Positions 22,362-34,948 of a stretch of DNA of 41,912 bases are shown here, piece after piece. The number at the start of each line of letters is the position of its first letter. The stretch's first letter is position 1. Made by a program: the position numbers and the translations under genes. The notes beneath the pieces were generated by a model. The model searched no databases. It was not told the origin of the DNA and saw nothing but the letters and a program-made list of their open reading frames with translations. Source of the DNA: Macrostomum lignano (taxonomy: Eukaryota); the NCBI GenBank assembly GCA_002269645.1, contig NIVC01001663.1, positions 1 through 41,912 of the forward strand, read 5' to 3'.

Positions 22362-25283
22362 TGGCTGAACTGAATTAGTTAAATTGTTCAATTAAATGCA
22401 AGAGCTTCTAATTTCAGTAGTATACAAAACAGAAGAATTAAAATAATATTAATATTATATACATGCACAAAACCTCCTGAATCTTAACCAGCTAGTGCAA
22501 CAGTTTTCCTAAAAAATATGACAACTTTATCTGGAGAGCCTTTTTGCAGCATAGATTTGCTCTGAATGCAATTCAAATATTTTCTTTCATTGGCTTTAAC
22601 TATTTAATGCTCTTTTTCTTTTGATTTGGTTGTTTTTTTAGGCCCTTATATAAGTTATTCCTACTTTTCTTTCATTTTTCTTCATTTTTCTCTTGTTTTA
22701 TTCATTTCATTTTTTCAGATTTTCATATGTACCCCTTGCAATTTTTTGGTGCTAAGTTGATAAGTTTTGCAATATACTTACTAGCCTTGTCACCTAGCTG
22801 GGTTAGGCCTAGCCAGTTGTGCATATGTTAAAATTTCATTTTATCTTTATAATAACTATATTTTCAAAACTAATAAAAAATACACATAACAAACATAAGA
22901 CACAAATCAAAACTAAGGAAAGAGTACTCATGATAGTCATATCATCAAATGCAATAAACTGAGGGGTTAGCTAGCCCTACATACTAACAAACAAGGTTGC
23001 AGTCTTATGTGACTCCCAAATATATATATTCAACCCTGCGCATCTTAGCAGATTGCAAGACCATTTTGTTCTAGCATGTACCCGCCTTATAGCTTGCTAG
23101 CTATACTAGTACTAGATGCAAATTTACTAAATCATATTGATAAAACAAAAAATCCTTTATCATTTTTAATCCCAACATAATCCCAAGTATGATATTTTAT
23201 ATACTTATAACTATAATAGTAATATAAAACTATATGCAAAAAACCTTTATAATTACAAAATATTTTTTTAAAACCAACAATTTGAATGACGCTTTGTTTC
23301 CATTGAGTCTTTTTTAATCAATCATATACACATATAGATAAAAAACCTATAAACAAACAATTTTTAATATATTATCTTTATTAACTTAGTTTTGCTACAT
23401 TACTTTACTATGCATAGACTAATCACTTTAAGCTTTGGTCAAAGGCATATGATAAATAATTGTATGGTATTAGATACAACTATTACCATAAATTCAAAAT
23501 CGAGAAATCAAGAAATTGTTTTCAAAATCATTTCAATGCTAGACACTAACCAATGCTAATATTTATCAATAAAGTCAATAAGTAGATAGTGGTAGTGCAT
23601 CTACCACTGAGAATGAAGTTGATAAAACTGGAAATTTAATTCTTATGAGCTCCCCATTAATTCCCCATTAATTAACTTTTGCCTAATTTACTTGATATTA
23701 ATAATATCAATTTGCTTTAATTTCAAATAATTTTTACATACATTTGCCACTGCAAGCTCCTGAGTCTTGACATCATGCCACTAGTTGGCCCAGGCTCTGC
23801 CCCATCAAATATATTTTTGTCTCTCTACGCTATGCCCCAATTCCTGCCCCAAACAATGTAATTCTCCTTAATAATATTTTTCAATAGGTTTTGCGTTATA
23901 GCCAGCAAAGGATTTTGGTAGTGGCTAATATTTTTCTATCCACTGAATCCATGGGTGCCCCATCCTCTGGCGAGAAAATATTATTATTTATACCATGTTG
24001 TCTGGTGCTTGTTTTCCATGCTCTCCCCGCCTTGCTGTTTGCTGTTTAGCTCTCTTTGCATTGATACATTAAACTTCATTAGTATTTTAATATCAATTGC
24101 CAAAAATAATAAAAAACAGCAATATTAATAAGTAATCGTTCATTCATTAAGTCCATAGCTTTATATTAAGTTATTTGCCTGTGGGGTGTAAAACAACCCA
24201 AAGTTCTCAATACAAAGAAAGTCTAAGACTTCAATGTTCCATAATACATAAATTATGGTGGTGGCAACTCTACCCTACTGTTAGTAATCAGCTCAACAAA
24301 ATGACACATTAAGTTACGATGTCAGAATCTCTGGTGTCTATCCTTTGAATGACCATGCCACTCTAATGACTGCTTTGCTACAATTACGACTACCCTTCCC
24401 CCGGAATTGAGGACCCTGGCAGTTGGAGCAAAACAGGAGAAAAGAATTTTGTTGTGATTTGTCTGCTTTGGCAATTCAAACATGAAATCTGCCTGTCTCA
24501 TTGGTGTCAGCAAAGACCCGTGTGTTCCAAGAAAATTTTTTCCACCCCGACCTCATAGATAATAAAGACAAATTATAAAGTTGAATATAGGAGCTTTTTC
24601 AATATGATTAACATTCATAATACAATAAGTAAAATAGAACAAACTCTAAAAATATATCTAATTTTTTTGTAAGCATAATATATTCAACATTTTTAAAGAT
24701 AGTAATTAAAAAATACTTATACCAAATAAAATAGAATGATTTAGACTAAGCCTAGAGTTAGAAGCTAAACCTTTAAGTTTTAATAATAGATATGAAATGG
24801 GAATAATTTTAATTGTTATAATATAATAATAATATAAAATATTTCCATTTTAGACCATAATATCTATCTCCTTAAAACTTAAAGATCTATACCTAATACA
24901 AATTATTACCAATAGGAAATGAGTAAAATATATAGACCTATGCTTATTATCATCTATTAAAATATTTAGAGCTAGGGCCTATGGCCATCTTGGTATATAG
25001 TGGCCATCTTGGTCATGTACTATAGAGGTAATAAATATTATTGCATCCTGACTTTTGAAATAGCATTCTAAAATTAGACATAAGGCTAAAATATGATTTT
25101 GAATCCAAGTACCAGCAAAAAACCTAGCATTGATAATATACTCTATACTCATAACAATAAGCCTATGCATATGCACAATAGGCCTACCCAATTGACCAAA
25201 TCAAAGTAGGCAAGTAGCTAGGTCTAGGTGTCAGTGATAGGATGAAAATTGGATAATACTATCACTAGTCAAGGGTAAAGGCT

Positions 25284-25583
25284 CTAGAGTTCCAGCACCA
25301 GAACCCACTTTCTAATGGCTATGGATCTGGCAGTGGTATTCTAGTAGTGCTGTTTATGGGTATAGGCCTAATAATAATAGGCCTATAGCAGAAAAATTTT
25401 ACTTTTTTAATGGGTGGTTTATATTGAGATTTTGTTCAAGATAAGATCAAAACGAAACAACGAGATTCAAAACAAGATACTTCTAATGTTCAAAGACGTC
25501 ATTAGGCCTTAGTAGATAACTGCCTGCAGAAGACTGCTGGATCCATAGCTATTAGAAAATGGGTTCCGGTGCTGGAACTCTAG
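25284..25583. mobile_element. 300-bp foldback/MITE-like element with 51-bp TIRs
   Basis: 25284-25334 versus the reverse complement of 25533-25583: 46/51 identical. Termini are compatible with a TA or CTAG target; superfamily unassigned. Confidence 0.65.
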
Positions 25584-26740
25584 CCATTGCCTAGGCCTAT
25601 GTCAGGGGAATAGGCCTACAGTAGTCGAAAAAAGGAGTACAAGCAGTACAAGCACTCAGTTAAAATCGCTCTGACTTGTTTCCTGGAATGGCTTGTCAAA
25701 GCTGCAAATACGAATTACGAAATACCATGCCCCATATCATGCCTAGTTTCCTATCTATATGGACATGGATTTTTTTAGTCATTATATTGTTTGATCTTTT
25801 CAAAGGTGGTTATTTATTGAAGTGACTATTGAGGCGACTTCAATACTATCTGATGTTAACAGTGAAATTAGGCGCACTGCCGGCCTGCACGAAGTCATGT
25901 TCTCATGGACAGTTAATAATAAGCAAGCGAATTAGATCGAACTGTAAAATTTAGAAAATTAGAAGTCTCCAAAAATAAAAATATTTGTATACGTAGAAGG
26001 TAAAAATTATAAAATCTTTAATTAACATGTGATTTATTCTTTACAAAAATTTTAAAACTAGCAATATTTCTGCTGAATTCAATGTTTAAAATAACTTTTG
26101 TTTTAACTATCAATTTGCATACACGCCTTGGAAATTTATTTAAATCCAATTCGAAACGTTGGCAACACACCTCAATTACTTGTTTAAAGCGGAGTGATCG
26201 CTTCTAATATTACATTCTTGTAATTTTAAGAGTCTCAAACTTATTTATTCGCAGCTGCTCTTTACGTCTCAAGTATTTTATTACGGGTTAAATGTTTGTA
26301 TAGTCTTAGCCTAGCTCTGAGTCAAAATCTCAAATTAAACTTTATTTTTTCTACAAAGTATTTTTCTATACATATCGGGCTGCTGAAATGTGACACACAT
26401 TGTGTCCAGAAAAACTTTTTAGAGTGCTTCTCGTTGTCTAATTTTTCTCTGAATTCTTTGAATCTACTTCTGGTAATGGCATAAGAGGTGTACGGAAGCA
26501 TTGTTCCCTAATATGCTAATAATGAAATATTTTTTGCAAAAATGATGCTCTGCTAAGTGCTATTGTCGATTAACCGTTGATACATCTACAGTTTCGATCT
26601 TATTGTTAAATAATAGTAAATCTGCGAATCGATTGTAATACTGTTTTCTATGCTGTTTTTTTTGCATTTTATTCTGATTGTAATATTCGTAAGATTCATA
26701 ATTTATTGAGCGAAGACTTTTAAAATTTAGATGAGCAATT

Positions 26741-26746
26741 AAAAAA
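26741..26746 (-). terminator. Pol III oligo-T terminator of tRNA-Ala
   Basis: TTTTTT on the minus strand, 3 nt after the discriminator base. Confidence 0.75.
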
Positions 26747-26749
26747 GTT

Positions 26750-26821
26750 TGGAGAAGTCGGGGTTCGAACCCGAGACCTTTCACATGCGAAGCGAACGCT
26801 CTACCTCTGAGCTACATCCCC
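26750..26821 (-). tRNA. tRNA-Ala(CGC)
   Basis: GGGGATGTAGCTCAGAGGTAGAGCGTTCGCTTCGCATGTGAAAGGTCTCGGGTTCGAACCCCGACTTCTCCA, 72 nt. D stem GCTC/GAGC, anticodon loop TT-CGC-AT, T stem TCGGG/CCCGA, G3:U70 alanine identity pair. One U6:U67 mismatch. Confidence 0.93.
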
Positions 26822-27204
26822 TAGCAGCGGCGTGAGAGTATCAAATTTATATATACTATTAATAGTCTGTCGGGGAGACTGCGTTAGGCTGACAGGGAGG
26901 ACCTTTGCGAAAATGCAGTCCAGCCCTCCCAGCCCCATTTAAGCTAAGCTTTGACCAGTGGCGTAGCCAGGGGGGTGGCGGGGGGGGGGGGGTGTTTTCA
27001 GTCGATTTCGGCGAAACCCCACTTCGGCGAAGGCCACTTCGGCGAAAGACCATTTCGGAGGATCCACTTCAGCGAATGCAATTGACCACTTCGGCGAACA
27101 GTATAATATTATTTATTTAACTTTACATATTTGAATTTTAATACAATTTAATTACTATACAACCAAAAATTTAGTGCTCAAAATTACTAAAATTGTAAAT
27201 TTTT

Positions 27205-27516
27205 TTATCGCCTTTTGTTGTACTTTCTTAACATGAAAGCGTGGATGGACAGCTGAACGAAGGGCTTGTATTCCATGTGGAAAGTCCCATCCATGAACCA
27301 GTCTTGCGCTTGCGCAAGCATTGCCAGACCTTCGTTCGTTGCAAAGATGATGTGGCGCCGAGCTCCTGAGTGGACATCTCTCTGCAGAAACCCTGCCGGC
27401 AGGGCGTTCTCCTGCAGTTCACACTGAAGATCGTTTGGTTCCTCAGGACGCTCGTTCTTACGCTGCCTATTTGCCGTACGTGCCTGAAGGTTGGGGTTCG
27501 GCATCGATGGCCCAGT
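27205..27516 (-). pseudogene. MULE transposase catalytic-domain N-terminal fragment
   Basis: RTANRQR...RPEEPNDL...FLQRDV...RRHIIFATNEGLAMLAQAQDWFMDGTF...PFVQLSIHAF carries the MULE first catalytic Asp motif (W..DGTF). Similarity stops near 27232. Confidence 0.88.
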
Positions 27517-27657
27517 CTGTGAAAGTTTGAAATTAGATTTTTTAATGACTTATTCAGCATGCATTTATCTACATGTATACTCGTACCTATTAAAATCTCT
27601 ACACATAAAAATCAAAACAACTGTCTGTGTGGTTTCTGTCAGTCTATCTGTATACAA

Positions 27658-29365
<1,708 letters not shown>

Positions 29366-29721
29366 AGGAGTGCACCTCCAATCTCAGGCACTGACACGGT
29401 AGGACAGCAAAGACGACAGAGAAGAGAGAAAATAGGAGAAAAGAGAGATGAGAGAGGTGTTGAGAGAGGGTAGAGTAGGAGTGAGAAGAGAGTAGAGGGA
29501 AGAGAGAGTAAAGAGTAGAGAGGAGAGAGGATGGAGAATAAAAGGAGAGAGTAGAGTTGAGAGAGTAGAGAGGTAAGAGAAGAGAGAAGCCGGCCTCAAA
29601 TCTTAATCTTTAATCTTAAAAAAAATTTTAAAAGTTATGCAAAACTATAGTGTGGAATTCAGCGGGTTTAAAATCGGGGGTTTCAACAGCTAGTAGTATA
29701 ATATAGTGCTCAATAATATAC

Positions 29722-30417
29722 CTGAAACTCCTGCAGCACATCAAGCGTCTCGTCCTTTGCAATCTGAACTGCAGATAGAAATGGATTCTTCTGTGCACGA
29801 TCCACAATGCGCCGCTTCAACCGCGCTCGCTCCACAGGCCTGTGGAGAGGCAAATGACAGTGCAGAACGGAACGTTTGCTGAAGGCTTCTCCGCGCTGCA
29901 CAACTGTTGCACCGCAAGTCTGGTGTCTATTGCGAAGTGCACACCGCCAATAGATACACTGACCTATTTTTTGCTTTTGACAAACAAACTTGTACTGGCC
30001 ATCAACGACAAGATGTCGCGATTCTTGGTCGAGCCGCTAGACACAATTTGAAACTCTGGAGCACGAGCGGTATTCTCACTCTCGGTGTCAACCGCGCTCT
30101 CTTCCGGAGCCGTGGGTGACATGGCTACAGCTGGAGGCGGTGATGTGGCTGCCATGGCTGCAAGGCGAGGCGGCGATGTGGGTGCCATGGCTGCAGGTAG
30201 AGGCGACGATGATGTGGGTGCCATGGCAGGCGGAGGCGGCGATGTGGTTGCCATGGCTGCAGGTAGAGACGGCGATGATGTGGGTGCCATGGCAGGTAGA
30301 GGCGGCGATGTGGGTGCAGACGGCGCAGTCAGCAGCATGGTACAAGCTGAACACCTCCACTGGAACACATCCAGTGAAGCAAGTCGGCGGTACTCAGCTT
30401 GGGAAATGCCACTGACA
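29722..30417 (-). pseudogene. MULE transposase upstream exon: PHD C-terminal half, repeat linker and FLYWCH (frameshift near 30010)
   Basis: (C)VSGISQAEYRRL...FQWRCSAC (PHD end), A/P/T/S tandem linker, then in a shifted frame VVDGQYKF...IYWRCALRNRHQTCGATVVQRG...VLHCH (FLYWCH). Donor CAG|GTATAT at 29721 and acceptor CTTAACAG| at 30418. Confidence 0.78.
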
Positions 30418-30823
30418 CTGTTAAGAGACCCTATCACTGTTTTTGTGTTGAAAATCGTGAAATTTCCTATCTCCGTAGTGTACTTTTCCGGTGAAACCTG
30501 CCTTTAAAACTAATTCTGAACGAAAAGCTTTATGATTATCGATAGAGCAATAAGAAAGGCACAACATATCAAAAGATGAACACTAGATCTGTCTCCTATC
30601 AAAAGCAAAAACAATTTTTGTGCTGAAAAAATTAAAACCTCCTATCTCTGTAGTGTATTTTTCGGCGTAAAGTTGCCTTCAAAACATTTACCATAGATTT
30701 CGAGCGTTGCGTCCTTCTACTTAAGTTGTCCTTGCTGCGGCCTCCAGTGAAAAGCACACGATTTGCGATTCGCTCCATCTACTTTTAGCTGTCCAGGCCG
30801 CAAGCGCGCTCGTCGCTCTATTA

Positions 30824-31339
30824 TCATTTCATTTGCAGGGTGCCGCTGGCGGAGCCCGCACTGCTGGAGCCCGCTGCCGACCTATCAGCCGCCAGTCGCC
30901 TTCGGACGTCGCGCCAGTCGCGATACGCCACCGCCAGGAAGTGTCGCGTCAGCGCCACCATCTCCAGCGCCAGCTCGGATTGACGAAATGCGGCCGCGTG
31001 GCAGACGAACTGCAGCGAGGGCAGCTGGTCGACCCAGGCGAAGATGCGGCCGCACCCGGCGGCTGCGGCACAGTAGTACGCGATTCTTTCCGGTGGTGAG
31101 AGACAATTCTCGCCCGTATCAGCCAGGTGCAGCTTCAGGCCTTCGTGCGTCACCGTCATGTAGGCTTTGCGACCTTCGCCGCGAGCTAGAAGCTCCGACA
31201 CCGCCGAGGATGCGTCGAATCGCACGTCTTTGGCTTCTAGTGCAGAGTTGACGGCTACGCTGCAGTTGCCCAAGTAGTACACGGTGTGCACCGTGACAAA
31301 GCCGTTAAAACGGGCTTTGCCACTGCGTTTTGTTAGCAT
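30824..31339 (-). CDS. FAM43: FAM43-like PTB/PID-domain protein, single exon, 171 aa
   Basis: HTVYYLGN...GRKAYMTVTHEGLKL...RIAYYCAA...RIFAWV...FVCHA...ALEMVAL...AYRDWRDVRRR parallels the FAM43A PID domain (YTVLYLGN...GTKMKLTVSAQGIRM...RVTYCVAD..KVFAWV...RCHA). First in-frame ATG at 31339. Confidence 0.78.
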   Translation of the reverse strand: MLTKRSGKARFNGFVTVHTVYYLGNCSVAVNSALEAKDVRFDASSAVSELLARGEGRKAYMTVTHEGLKLHLADTGENCLSPPERIAYYCAAAAGCGRIFAWVDQLPSLQFVCHAAAFRQSELALEMVALTRHFLAVAYRDWRDVRRRLAADRSAAGSSSAGSASGTLQMK

Positions 31340-32368
31340 TTTTGTGGATGGCGGGCGGGAGTCAGCTAGTCTGGGCAAGAATTAGCGTATTTGAGTATTT
31401 ATTGTCTGTTGCCCCTTTGTCTCTTCTAGCCATGTTCGCCTACGCTCCTTCTGTTCTCATCCCGATGCTCTCTGTCTGCTTCTCTGTCGCTCGTCCCTTC
31501 TATCGCTTCTAAATACCCCGCGGTATGGCATGTATAAGTACATAAACGGCTTGGCTACAAGCTCACAAAATCACATAGCATGCAATAAATTTAGTACCTC
31601 CCTCCCTTGCCCTGCAAATTTTGTCCACCCGGACTCTCAATCTCCTCTGCCCCCCAGTCTCTCTCACGGCTCTCTCTCTCTCCATTAGCCGTTTGTATTG
31701 ACCATTTCATGTTTAAGAGGAATTGTGTGGGAAAGAGAAACATCATTCATGAAGCTTCTGCTGGCTATATAGCATAATGAGCTTGAATTGAGCCCGCTTC
31801 AATAAGGGTTGCTACACGACTTAAAAAGCAGAAATATTATAAATGATGGATGCGTTTGTGCTCAGAAATGGTTCATTAGAGTAGCTAGGTAACTATAGCT
31901 GATTCCATTAATTTCCTTTGTGTGTGGTGCGAAGCAGAAGAATTCAAACAAAATGCGCGCATGGTCTAAAAATAAGACATCTGTATGGTTGGATTTCATC
32001 AATACTTTCTATGTGCATTCAGGGCCTCGGAGTGTACACTCAGCTCAGCACTGTACGCAATGTACGTATACAGCTTCCTTTCCTACCGTACGCACATTGA
32101 AGCTTGTCCACTTTTAGTTTGTTCTACTAACTCAAAGCAGAATTCCTATCTATTACCGAAAAAAATTCACTTTGAAATCCTAAGATGTCGCTCGAATATG
32201 ACTTTATTTAAAATTAACAGCACAAAAAAAAATATTTTGTTAAAAGAAGCTTCATTCGTAGTATGAACTTTTCTTGATAATTCAAATTAGTGTTACAACG
32301 ATAAAGCGATCGATTTCTGGCCAAGTGGCACGGCTAATACCTGTATTGTCCCGGAAAAAAACTTGAGA

Positions 32369-32444
32369 ATGCCCGTCAGACGGGGACACATCGCGCCGCA
32401 GAACACTTTCTTGGATACGCTTATTCAAAAGTTCGACGGACAGA
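32369..32444 (+). CDS. KCNH2: ERG/KCNH2-type voltage-gated K+ channel, exon 1
   Basis: [25 protein letters not shown] (ERG N-cap); 76 nt, donor GTAAGT at 32445. Confidence 0.95.
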
Positions 32445-32596
32445 GTAAGTATTGGGTAGCTTTTGTATCGTTCTTAGTAGTACACTCGTATAAGCCGAAT
32501 ATTTAGTCTCTGCACTTCGAAACAAACATACACATGTATTAGCTTAGTTTGTAATTCAGCTTATATCACCTACTTTCTAATTTATAATGCTCCCAG

Positions 32597-32827
32597 ATCG
32601 GAAGTTCTGTATCGCCAATGGCAGTCTCGATCATCGGCCTGTCATCTTCTGCAATGACGGTTTCTGCGAGCTGGTTGGCTACACTCGAGCCGATGTCATG
32701 CAACAACCAGCCAGCATGGACTTCTTGCACGGACCGCTCACCACAGTGCGCTCCATTGCTGAGCTAAAAGAAGCTCTGGGTTGTCGAGACGAGAGACAGG
32801 TTCAGATACTGATTTATAAGAAGGATG
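32597..32827 (+). CDS. KCNH2: ERG/KCNH2-type channel, exon 2 (PAS domain)
   Basis: Acceptor TCCCAG|. NRKFCIANGSLDHRPVIFCNDGFCELVGYTRADVMQQP...DFLHGPLT...YKKD, donor GTAAGC at 32828; 231 nt, phase 1/1. Confidence 0.95.
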
Positions 32828-32831
32828 GTAA

Positions 32832-34208
32832 GCACTGTCTGCGCATAGTCTATGGTCAGTCATTTCCATTGCTTAGATGGTGCACTGTCTGCGCATAGTC
32901 TATGGTCAGTCATTTCCATTGCTTAGATGGTGCACTGTCTGCGCATAGTCTATGGTCAGTCATTTCCATTGCTTAGATGGTGCACTGTCTGCGCATAGTC
33001 TATGGTCAGTCATTTCCATTGCTTAGATGGTGCACTGTCTGCGCATAGTCTATGGTCAGTCATTTCCATTGCTTAGATGGTGCACTGTCTGCGCATAGTC
33101 TATGGTCAGTCATTTCCATTGCTTAGATGGTGCACTGTCTGCGCATAGTCTATGGTCAGTCATTTCCATTGCTTAGATGGTGCACTGTCTGCGCATAGTC
33201 TATGGTCAGTCATTTCCATTGCTTAGATGGTGCACTGTCTGCGCATAGTCTATGGTCAGTCATTTCCATTGCTTAGATGGTGCACTGTCTGCGCATAGTC
33301 TATGGTCAGTCATTTCCATTGCTTAGATGGTGCACTGTCTGCGCATAGTCTATGGTCAGTCATTTCCATTGCTTAGATGGTGCACTGTCTGCGCATAGTC
33401 TATGGTCAGTCATTTCCATTGCTTAGATGGTGCACTGTCTGCGCATAGTCTATGGTCAGTCATTTCCATTGCTTAGATGGTGCACTGTCTGCGCATAGTC
33501 TATGGTCAGTCATTTCCATTGCTTAGATGGTGCACTGTCTGCGCATAGTCTATGGTCAGTCATTTCCATTGCTTAGATGGTGCACTGTCTGCGCATAGTC
33601 TATGGTCAGTCATTTCCATTGCTTAGATGGTGCACTGTCTGCGCATAGTCTATGGTCAGTCATTTCCATTGCTTAGATGGTGCACTGTCTGCGCATAGTC
33701 TATGGTCAGTCATTTCCATTGCTTAGATGGTGCACTGTCTGCGCATAGTCTATGGTCAGTCATTTCCATTGCTTAGATGGTGCACTGTCTGCGCATAGTC
33801 TATGGTCAGTCATTTCCATTGCTTAGATGGTGCACTGTCTGCGCATAGTCTATGGTCAGTCATTTCCATTGCTTAGATGGTGCACTGTCTGCGCATAGTC
33901 TATGGTCAGTCATTTCCATTGCTTAGATGGTGCACTGTCTGCGCATAGTCTATGGTCAGTCATTTCCATTGCTTAGATGGTGCACTGTCTGCGCATAGTC
34001 TATGGTCAGTCATTTCCATTGCTTAGATGGTGCACTGTCTGCGCATAGTCTATGGTCAGTCATTTCCATTGCTTAGATGGTGCACTGTCTGCGCATAGTC
34101 TATGGTCAGTCATTTCCATTGCTTAGATGGTGCACTGTCTGCGCATAGTCTATAGTCAGTCATTTCCATTGCTTAGATGGTGCACTGTCTGCGCATAGTC
34201 TATGGTCA
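32832..34208. repeat. 50-bp minisatellite (TGCACTGTCTGCGCATAGTCTATGGTCAGTCATTTCCATTGCTTAGATGG), about 27.5 copies
   Basis: Essentially perfect array with one substitution near 34154; begins 4 nt into KCNH intron 2. Confidence 0.98.
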
Positions 34209-34432
34209 TCATTTCTACAAGGACTACTAGACTAGTGAATGAAGACGCTGTCGTCTTCAAAGGTGGGATAGACTAGACGAAGTGTTCCTAGTGGTCCTTG
34301 CATTTCTATTGTCTAGATGGTGCACGGTTAGCGCATACCCTCATTCTATGGTCTTAATTTAATACATGCCTTTTGCCATGTAAGCTTTTAAGCCATGTCC
34401 GATTATTTTCGAGCGTTTCGACACCTCCGCAG

Positions 34433-34567
34433 GCACCCGATTCGTTTCCAACACGATGGTAGCTCCAGTAAGGAGCGAAACGGGCGACGTGATGTTTTAC
34501 ATCCTCACCTTCTCGCCTGAAGGTGTAGCCTCGTACTTCAATGCGCCAAGCCAAAGCGATAGAAGAG
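34433..34567 (+). CDS. KCNH2: ERG/KCNH2-type channel, exon 3 (PAC segment)
   Basis: Acceptor CTCCGCAG|. GTRFVSNTMVAPVRSETGDVMFYILTF aligns with [27 protein letters not shown]. Donor GTGAGC at 34568; phase 1/1. Confidence 0.88.
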
Positions 34568-34948
34568 GTGAGCTCTCGAGTCTTAGGCTGTAAAATCGGA
34601 ATCGATCTCTCAGTACTTTACCGCGCACTTGATTTATGCTTCGAGTCGACGGTTCCTCTGGCAGTCGGGAAAATCGCGCTTAACATACTAGCTAGTATAA
34701 CTGAATAGAGCTCCTATTTAGGCCCTAAATATAGCGCTTATTGACCCGATTTTCTGTCATAATATTTATATAAGGATAAACACATAATCGAGACAGTCGA
34801 CTTATAAAGTGCAAACTCTGTTGGAGGGACGATTTCTGTATATTGATTATCGCGATTTTATAAATTTATACATCCGTATTGGATTAGGTACACTGATATA
34901 AGAATACTATAGCATTGGATTACCAAAGGGCCTGCTAAAAGGTTGCAC

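Noticed and set aside
24322-24513. ARVLNSGGRVVVI resembling a SAM-methyltransferase post-II motif
   Set aside because: Short isolated match with no other motifs and no convincing splice sites or partner exons.
26956-26975. CAGTGGCGTAGCCAGGGG, and CAGGGGCGTTGCCATGGG at 38262, as hAT-like TIRs
   Set aside because: No partner inverted end or TSD found in the window.
30440-30700. Direct ~45-bp repeat (about 30468 and 30643) upstream of the MULE PHD exon
   Set aside because: Probably a fragment of another repeat, but no termini or family could be supported.
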